64,000 bases of DNA from NCBI GenBank assembly GCA_963770565.1, contig CAVYQE010000001.1, forward strand, positions 1,088,001-1,152,000. The letters run 5' to 3'. The notes beneath the pieces were generated by a model. It was not told the origin of the DNA, ran no database searches, and worked only from the letters and a program-made list of their open reading frames with translations. Made by a program: the position numbers and the translations under genes. This document shows, piece after piece, positions 57,624 to 64,000 of this stretch (position 1 is its first letter; each line of letters opens with the position of its first letter). The DNA is from an uncultured Actinomycetota bacterium (lineage in GTDB: Bacteria > Actinomycetota > Actinomycetes > JAFAQI01).

Positions 57624-58634
57624 ATGCATCTCGACGAGCTCACGACGCCGGCCCTGCTGATCGACGAGGCCGCGCTCGAGCGCAACCTCGACACGATGGC
57701 GGCGGCGTGGCCCGGCCCGCGACTGCGACCCCACGTCAAGGCGCACAAGTCGACCGAGTTGGCCCGGCGCCAGGCACAGCACGGGCACCGTGGGTTCACC
57801 GCCGCCACGATTCGCGAGGTGGCCGGGATGGCGGCGGCGGGTCTCGGCGAGGACCTGCTGCTCGCCAACGAGGTCGTCGACCTGAGCCCGCTGACGCCGG
57901 TGGTCGAGTCGGGCGCGCGGGTGACGGTTGCCGTCGACTCCGAGGTCATCGCCCGAGCGGCGGCCGCCGCCGGGATCGGTGAGGTCTTGGTCGACGTCAA
58001 CGTCGGCCTGCCGCGTTGCGGCTGCCCGCCCGAGGACGCCGGTCGCCTCGCCGAGCTGTGCCGTTCGCTCGGACTGTCGGTTCGCGGCGTGATGGGGTAC
58101 GAGGGTCACCTGATGAGCGTGACCGATCCGGCCGAGCGGGCCCCGCAGACCGACGAGTGCATGGACCGGCTGCGGATCGCCCACGACCTGGTCGGCGGCG
58201 ACGTCATCTCCGGCGGCGGCACCGGCACCTGGCGGACCAACCACTACGTCACCGAACTACAGGCCGGCTCCTATCCACTGATGGACACGGCGTACGCCGG
58301 GCTCTCGGACGTGCCGTTCGAACAGTCGCTCACCATCCTCGCGACCGTCATCTCGGTCAGCCAGGGCGGTTGGCTGGTTGCCGATGCGGGGTTGAAGGCG
58401 TTGAGCCTCGATCACGGCAACCCGAGCATTGCCGGGGCGCAGGTGTTGTTCTGCTCCGACGAGCATGTGGTGTTCGTGATGAACGACGGGGTCTCGACGC
58501 CCGAGGTCGGGGACCGGATTCGGGTGCTCCCGTCACACGTCGACCCGACCTGTGCGCTGCACGAGTCGTTCCATGTCGTCGACGACGCCGGCGCAGTGAT
58601 CGACGAGTGGCCGATCGATCTTCGCGGGTGGTGA
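57624..58634 (+). CDS. Fold-III PLP enzyme (DSD1/D-threonine aldolase-like)
   Basis: TPALLID, LRPHVKAHKS, GYEGH, SGGGTG, ELQAGSY, SDEH, PSHVDPT. Confidence 0.9.
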   Translation: MHLDELTTPALLIDEAALERNLDTMAAAWPGPRLRPHVKAHKSTELARRQAQHGHRGFTAATIREVAGMAAAGLGEDLLLANEVVDLSPLTPVVESGARVTVAVDSEVIARAAAAAGIGEVLVDVNVGLPRCGCPPEDAGRLAELCRSLGLSVRGVMGYEGHLMSVTDPAERAPQTDECMDRLRIAHDLVGGDVISGGGTGTWRTNHYVTELQAGSYPLMDTAYAGLSDVPFEQSLTILATVISVSQGGWLVADAGLKALSLDHGNPSIAGAQVLFCSDEHVVFVMNDGVSTPEVGDRIRVLPSHVDPTCALHESFHVVDDAGAVIDEWPIDLRGW

Positions 58635-58655
58635 CCTGCGGGCGCAGCGGTTGTT

Positions 58656-59312
58656 CTACCAGTGGTTGAGGTGCATGACCTCGTCAAGCGGTGCGCGCGG
58701 GGCCCGGTGGAAGTCCGTCCCGATCGGGTGGGCAACCGGGATCAGCACCCCTTGATGCACGTCGTCGGGCAGGCCGAGGATCTCGGCGACCTCGCGCTCA
58801 CGGCTGAGGTGCAAGGTGGTCCACGCGCTGACCAACCCGTGTGAACGCAACGCCAGCATGAAACTCCACGCGGCCGGAAGCACAGAACCCCAAAGACCGG
58901 CCTGGTTGTCCGTGCCCAGCCCGCTGCGGGCCTGGATGCAGCCGAGCACGAGCACCGGCACCTGGCCCATGACATCGCCGAGGTGCGCAACGCTGGCGCC
59001 GATCCTGGCCTGCACTGCGGCCCGTTCCGGCTGGTCGGCGAACAGCTTCGCGGCGCTGCCCGGCGAGTCGAGGTATTCGACCACGGTCTGGCGGTAGATC
59101 TCGCCGATCGCCTGCCGGGTCGTGGCGTCATCGATGACGACGAAGTGCCAGGTCTGGCGATTGCTGCCGGACGGTGCCTGCAAGGCGATGTCGAGGCACT
59201 CCGTGATGATCGCGAGGTCGACCGGTCGCTGCAGATCGAGGCGTTTGCGCACCGATCGCGTCGTGGTCAAGGCCTCGTACGCCGACATCTGCCGGCCGTC
59301 GGGTTCGGTCAT
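58656..59312 (-). CDS. Nitroreductase family protein
   Basis: TTRSVRKRL, QAPSGSNRQTWHFV, FMLALRSHGL..AWTTLHL. Confidence 0.92.
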   Translation of the reverse strand: MTEPDGRQMSAYEALTTTRSVRKRLDLQRPVDLAIITECLDIALQAPSGSNRQTWHFVVIDDATTRQAIGEIYRQTVVEYLDSPGSAAKLFADQPERAAVQARIGASVAHLGDVMGQVPVLVLGCIQARSGLGTDNQAGLWGSVLPAAWSFMLALRSHGLVSAWTTLHLSREREVAEILGLPDDVHQGVLIPVAHPIGTDFHRAPRAPLDEVMHLNHW

Positions 59313-59402
59313 GGCGCGACCTTATGGTCCGGCCCGGGACGGGGCGAATCCGCCCCGGGAGACAATTGCCGACTGCGATCCGAACGACGAACGGAGTGGC
59401 TG

Positions 59403-60599
59403 GTGCAACAGGACCGCCCGGCGGAGCCCCGAACGGCGGGCGGTGCGCTCAGCGGGCTGCTCGTTGCCGACTTCAGCCGGGTGCTCGCCGGCCCACTCGC
59501 CTCGATGCTTCTCGCCGATCTCGGCGCCACGGTCATCAAGGTGGAGCGGCCGCCGACCGGCGACGAGACCCGGCAATGGGGCCCGCCGTACGTCGGTTCG
59601 TTGACCGCCTACTACTGCAGCGTCAACCGCAACAAGCGCAGCATCGAGCTCGACTTCTCGGTCCCCGCGGATCTCGCGCTCGCCCACCGGCTGGCCAATC
59701 GTGCCGATGTCTTCATCGAGAACTTCCTGCCCGGCAAGCTCGAGTCGTTCGGCCTCGACTACGAGGCGCTGCACGGGTCCAACCCGCGGGCCGTGTACTG
59801 CTCGATCAGCGGCTTCGGTGGTGATTCGAGCCTGCCCGGGTACGACTTCGTGGTGCAGGCCGTCGGCGGGTTGATGAGTGTCACTGGCCAGCCGGACGGC
59901 CCGCCGACCAAGGCCGGTGTTCCGTTCGTCGACGTGCTGACCGGCCTGCACGCGACGATCGGCATCCTCGCTGCGTTGCACGAGCGGGACACCAGTGGGG
60001 TCGGCCAGCGGGTCGAGGTGAACCTGCTGTCAAGCCTGCTCGGATCGTTGATCAACCAGGGCACCGGCTACATCAACAGCGGCCCGGAGCCGAGCCGGCT
60101 CGGCAACGTGCATCCGACCATCGCGCCGTACGAGACCTTCGAGGCGAGCGATGCGCCGTTGGCGGCGGCCGGGGGCAACGATCGGCAGTTCCGCGCGCTG
60201 GTCGAAACGGTCGGCCTGCCCGAGCTCGCCGACGACCCGCGATTCGCCAACAACGCGCAGCGGCTGGCGCACCGCGCGGAGCTACGCGAGCTGCTTGAAG
60301 GCGCGCTCGCGACCGACACGGCCGCCGGGTGGGCGGCTCGCTTGCAGGCGGTCGGCGTTCCGTGCGGACCGGTGAACACGATCGGGTCGGCGCTGGAGTT
60401 CGCGACGAAGCTGGGCTTGGATCCGGTGGTTCGGTTCGATCCGGCCGACGGCGATCCAGGGATCGCCACGCTGGCCAACCCGTTGCGGCTCAGTGCGACT
60501 CCGGTGCACTATCACCGACCGCCGCCGGCCCTCGGTGCCGACTCGGCCGAGATCCGGTCGTGGCTCGAGTCCGACTCGATCGATCTGGCCGACGACTAG
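59403..60599 (+). CDS. CaiB/BaiF family CoA transferase
   Basis: DFSRVLAGP, LADLGATVIKVE, NRNKRS, ENFLPG, PGYD, PPALG. Confidence 0.93.
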   Translation: MQQDRPAEPRTAGGALSGLLVADFSRVLAGPLASMLLADLGATVIKVERPPTGDETRQWGPPYVGSLTAYYCSVNRNKRSIELDFSVPADLALAHRLANRADVFIENFLPGKLESFGLDYEALHGSNPRAVYCSISGFGGDSSLPGYDFVVQAVGGLMSVTGQPDGPPTKAGVPFVDVLTGLHATIGILAALHERDTSGVGQRVEVNLLSSLLGSLINQGTGYINSGPEPSRLGNVHPTIAPYETFEASDAPLAAAGGNDRQFRALVETVGLPELADDPRFANNAQRLAHRAELRELLEGALATDTAAGWAARLQAVGVPCGPVNTIGSALEFATKLGLDPVVRFDPADGDPGIATLANPLRLSATPVHYHRPPPALGADSAEIRSWLESDSIDLADD

Positions 60600-61498
60600 C
60601 CGACGACGTCGGTGCCGGAGCTCGCGGTCAACGCGGCATAGGCCTCGCTCAGCCGGCCGGTGAGCGGCCCGGGTGGTTGCATGCCGATCGCATGACCGTC
60701 GACGACCGCGATTGCAGCGAGCTCGCCCATCGTCCCGGTGACGAAGGCCTCGTCGGCGCGGTAGAGGTCGTCGAGGGTGAAGTCGCTTTCGCTCGTCGCG
60801 ATGCCGTCTCGGGCTGCCAGCGCCAGGATGCTCATCCTGGTGATGCCCTCCGGGCACGCCACCGTCGTCGGCGTACAGAGTGTGCCGTCGGCCACGAAGA
60901 ACACGTGCGTCGCGTTGGTTTCGGCGATGTAGCCGCGCGAGTCCAACATGATCGCGTCGTCGGCGCCGGCCGCGTTCGCTTCGAGCTTGGCCAGGATCGA
61001 GCCCAGCAGATTGTTGTGGTGGATCTTCGGGTCGAGCACATCCGGTGTCGGCCGGCGATACGTGGACGTGATCAGCGTGATGCCGCTGCGGTCGTAGACC
61101 GGCGGCTTGTGTTCGGCGAGCACGATCAGGGTCGGGCCGTGCTGATTGAGCCGAGGGTCCATGCCGCTCGTCACCTTGACGCCGCGGGTCAGCGTGAGCC
61201 TGATGTGGACGCCGTCGGTCATCCCGTTCGCGGCCAGGGTCTTGCGGAGCTCGTCGGTGATCTCGCCGTCGGTCGGGATCTCGGTGAAGCCGAGCGCGGT
61301 GGCCGAGCGACGCAACCGCGCGAGGTGCTCGTCGAGGGCGAAGATCCGCCCGGCATAGAGCCGAAGCCCTTCCCAGACCGCGTCGCCGCCCTGGACCACC
61401 GAGTCGAACGGGCTCACGCCGGCCTCGTTGCGGTGCACGAGGCGGCCGTTGATGTTGACGATCAGGTCACGGTTGCGTTCGTCGTATCGCTGGAGCAC
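60596..61498 (-). CDS. Aminotransferase class IV (BCAT/D-amino-acid aminotransferase-like)
   Basis: GDAVWEGLR, HLARL, KIHHNNLL, AETNAT, EGITR, ADEAFVTGT. Confidence 0.9.
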   Translation of the reverse strand: MLQRYDERNRDLIVNINGRLVHRNEAGVSPFDSVVQGGDAVWEGLRLYAGRIFALDEHLARLRRSATALGFTEIPTDGEITDELRKTLAANGMTDGVHIRLTLTRGVKVTSGMDPRLNQHGPTLIVLAEHKPPVYDRSGITLITSTYRRPTPDVLDPKIHHNNLLGSILAKLEANAAGADDAIMLDSRGYIAETNATHVFFVADGTLCTPTTVACPEGITRMSILALAARDGIATSESDFTLDDLYRADEAFVTGTMGELAAIAVVDGHAIGMQPPGPLTGRLSEAYAALTASSGTDVVG

Positions 61499-62271
61499 GG
61501 CACCTCCTCGACGTCTCGTCGGCCGGCGGCCGGATCCACCCGGATTCGATGCGCGGCAAGGCGTTCGTAGCACGGCAGACACTGTGCGAGCAGCGGCTCG
61601 AGGCGCTCCGGCACCGCCGGCGTGGACTCCCTCGGTGGACCGAATCCGGTCGACGCCCGGACCGTGTCGTACCAGTACGGCGCCCACACTCCGTCGGTCT
61701 CGCGCAGCCCGGCCGGCCAGCTCAGCATGGCCGGGTCGAAGTCCGCGCCGAGGGCGTCGCACAGGGCGCGCAACATCGGCTCCGGCGCGCGCAGCAGGTC
61801 CTGCGAGTCGACGACCGGCCCGCCGAACTGCTCGAACAGCTCGACCTGCACCCCGAGCCCGAGATCGGCGAACGTCGGCTCGGTGCGCACCTTGGCGTAA
61901 GACGTCAGTAGGTCGCGCGGGTCGCGCAGCAGGAACGCGTGGCGAAGCGGCCGCAGCAGCGACCGGTCGATGTCGGCGAGCAGGTGATGCGTCATGTGCT
62001 TCTGGTAGTAGATCCGCCGGCCCTGCGGCACCGGCCCGGTCGTCAGCTGATCGACGACAGTGCGCCAGTCGGTCGGCTGGCTGGCCACGATCGCGTCGTG
62101 GCCGGGATGCACGACACCGCTGACCGCGAGGTAGTGGGCGTAGAGCGGCTCGTCGACCACGGCGGTGTCGGCGCGGTTGCCCCACGAGCGCAGCAAGGCG
62201 GTCGAGAGGGTTCGCGGGCCCGACCACATCGCCACCCGGATCGAGGCATCTGCCTGGCGTTCGACGACCAC
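61462..62271 (-). CDS. Sulfotransferase-like P-loop protein (partner of the class IV aminotransferase)
   Basis: MWSGPRTLSTALLRSW, DEPLY, YQKHMTHH, LLRDP, GVWAPYWY; start uncertain. Confidence 0.82.
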   Translation of the reverse strand: MVVERQADASIRVAMWSGPRTLSTALLRSWGNRADTAVVDEPLYAHYLAVSGVVHPGHDAIVASQPTDWRTVVDQLTTGPVPQGRRIYYQKHMTHHLLADIDRSLLRPLRHAFLLRDPRDLLTSYAKVRTEPTFADLGLGVQVELFEQFGGPVVDSQDLLRAPEPMLRALCDALGADFDPAMLSWPAGLRETDGVWAPYWYDTVRASTGFGPPRESTPAVPERLEPLLAQCLPCYERLAAHRIRVDPAAGRRDVEEVPCSSDTTNATVT

Positions 62272-62419
62272 CCGCGACGTTTGCACCCGCCGTCGTTCGC
62301 TGTCAACGATCGCCGCCTGGCGCTCCTGGACCGGGCGGCTTGACAACCCGCTTCCGCGAGGTACACATTTAACTAGGACACTAGATGAAATCACGGAGCG
62401 TGGAACGGAGTGAGGCATC

Positions 62420-62812
62420 GTGATCGAGTTCCATCTCGACGCGCGCTCGGGCGTTGCGCCGTATCAGCAGGTCGTGCAGCAGGTGCGCCAGGCACTGCGG
62501 TTGGGGCTGTTGGAAACCGGTGATCAGCTGCCGACCGTGAAAGAGGTCGTCGAGCGACTGGCGATCAACCCCAACACCGTGCTGAAGGCCTATCGCGAGC
62601 TCGAGCACCTCGGCCTGGTCGCGGCTCGACCGGGCGTCGGTACGTTCGTGACCCGCACTCTCAGCGACGAGTCCCTGGCTGCGCACGGTCCGCTTCGCCG
62701 CGACCTCGACCGCTGGTTGAGGAAGGCGCGCCTTGCCGGGCTTGATGACGAAAGCATCGAGGCGCTGTTCGTGGACACCTTTCGGTCCGCATCGGAGTCG
62801 GGGGTAGCGTGA
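62420..62812 (+). CDS. GntR (YtrA-type) regulator
   Basis: PYQQVVQQV, GDQLPTVKE, INPNTVLKAYREL, GVGTFV. Confidence 0.93.
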   Translation: MIEFHLDARSGVAPYQQVVQQVRQALRLGLLETGDQLPTVKEVVERLAINPNTVLKAYRELEHLGLVAARPGVGTFVTRTLSDESLAAHGPLRRDLDRWLRKARLAGLDDESIEALFVDTFRSASESGVA

Positions 62813-63705
62813 CCGCCGTCCTGAGCGCGGATCGGGTCAGCAAGCGGTACGGCCGGAAACCTGCCCTCGACGACTGCACCCTCTCGATCCCGGCCGGGCG
62901 GGTCGCCGGCCTGGTCGGCCCCAACGGTGCCGGCAAGACGACGCTGCTGCATCTCGCGGTCGGTCTGCTGGCGCCGACGTCCGGGTCGATCGAGGTCCTC
63001 GGCGGGGCGCCGGCCGGCGGGCCCGAGCAGTTGGCCCGGGTCGGGTTCGTGGCGCAGGACACTCCGACCTACTCGACGCTGAGCGTCGACGACCACCTGC
63101 GTCTCGGCGCGCGGATGAACCCGACCTGGGACGATGCCGTCGCGCACGAGCGGATCCACAAGCTCGGCCTGGATCCGAAGCAGTGGGCCGGCCGGCTCTC
63201 CGGCGGCCAGCGGGCGCAACTCGCGCTCACGCTCGCGATCGCCAAGCAGCCCGAGCTCCTGCTGTTGGACGAGCCGGTCGCCAGCCTCGACCCGCTGGCT
63301 CGACGCGAGTTCCTCCAGTCGTTGATGGCGCACGTCGCCGAGTACGGCGTCAGCGTGGTGTTGTCCTCACATCTGGTTGCCGACCTCGAGCGGGTGTGTG
63401 ACTACCTGGTCGTGCTGGTCGGCTCGCGGGTGGCGCTCGCGGGCGGGGTCGACGACCTGCTGGCGTCGCACCATCGGCTGATCGGGCCACGACGCGACCT
63501 CGCGTCGCTGCCGGCGAACCAGACCGTGATCGAGGCGAGCCACACCGATCGGCAGTCCACGTTGTTGATCCGCACCGACGATCCCATTCTGGATCCGGCG
63601 TGGACGGTCGAGCAGGTCAGCATGGAAGACCTGGTGCTTGCCTACATGGGCCAGGCGGCGGCGCCCCGGCGCGGGCCATCGCCGGTCGCGGGGACCGACC
63701 GATGA
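62809..63705 (+). CDS. ABC exporter ATP-binding protein
   Basis: GPNGAGKT, LSGGQ, LLDEP, SSH. Confidence 0.93.
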   Translation: MTAVLSADRVSKRYGRKPALDDCTLSIPAGRVAGLVGPNGAGKTTLLHLAVGLLAPTSGSIEVLGGAPAGGPEQLARVGFVAQDTPTYSTLSVDDHLRLGARMNPTWDDAVAHERIHKLGLDPKQWAGRLSGGQRAQLALTLAIAKQPELLLLDEPVASLDPLARREFLQSLMAHVAEYGVSVVLSSHLVADLERVCDYLVVLVGSRVALAGGVDDLLASHHRLIGPRRDLASLPANQTVIEASHTDRQSTLLIRTDDPILDPAWTVEQVSMEDLVLAYMGQAAAPRRGPSPVAGTDR

Positions 63706-64000
63706 CGTGGCTGGCCTGGCGGCAGTTCCGCTTGCCCGCGTTGGCGACGCTGGCCGCGCTCGTCGTCGTGGCAATCGTGTTGGTAAGCACCGGTGTCCAC
63801 CTGCATCACTCCTACGACACCTACCGCACGCAGCTGGCCGGCTGCCAGGCCGCGGGCGGGCGATGCGGTGGTCTCGCGGACGTGTTCCTGAGCCACGACC
63901 ACCACCTCTACCAGTGGATGGGCACGCTGCTGGTCGCCGTACCCGGGGTCATCGCGATGTTCTGGGGGGCGCCGCTGATGACCCGTGAGCTGGAGACCGG
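63702..64000 (+). CDS. ABC-2-type permease, truncated by the window end
   Basis: MTWLAWRQFR...VPGVIAMFWGAPLMTRELETG; ATGA overlap. Confidence 0.85.
   Translation, partial: MTWLAWRQFRLPALATLAALVVVAIVLVSTGVHLHHSYDTYRTQLAGCQAAGGRCGGLADVFLSHDHHLYQWMGTLLVAVPGVIAMFWGAPLMTRELET

Noticed and set aside
62340-62390. TTGACA promoter and GntR operator
   Set aside because: A -35 is present, but no clean -10 or palindrome could be fixed with confidence.

Overview
A gene-dense window from a very high-GC actinomycete, probably soil-dwelling (inferred from the F420-dependent LLM enzyme, DUF664/DinB, SARP, MmyB, an HspR operator and Ku/LigD). No rRNA, tRNA, CRISPR array or recognisable transposase was seen. 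It carries two DGPF(YCII)/ECF42-type sigma pairs, two tandem ~1,320-aa secreted S53 peptidases followed by a SARP-ATPase-TPR regulator, menB, moaA, lon, a split NHEJ locus and a polyamine-type ABC importer. It also carries an aerobic form I CO dehydrogenase locus (coxMSLG, with coxDE facing it). Four leads stand out. (1) A ~1.2 kb unit at 15545-16758 holds a single AbiEi-like/DUF559-type nuclease gene between inverted arrays of 15-bp palindromes at an exact 31-bp period, with covarying hairpin spacers; it is a candidate transposase-free selfish element. (2) Five small single-TM helical proteins plus a Cys/His mini-protein continue the cox operon after coxG and may form a membrane anchor or stalk. 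(3) A 30-aa microprotein with a very strong RBS lies at 57366-57458. (4) An 11-bp-phased heptamer array lies upstream of menB. coxM carries a frameshift near 47946. All product calls come from motif recognition by eye; no database searches were run.
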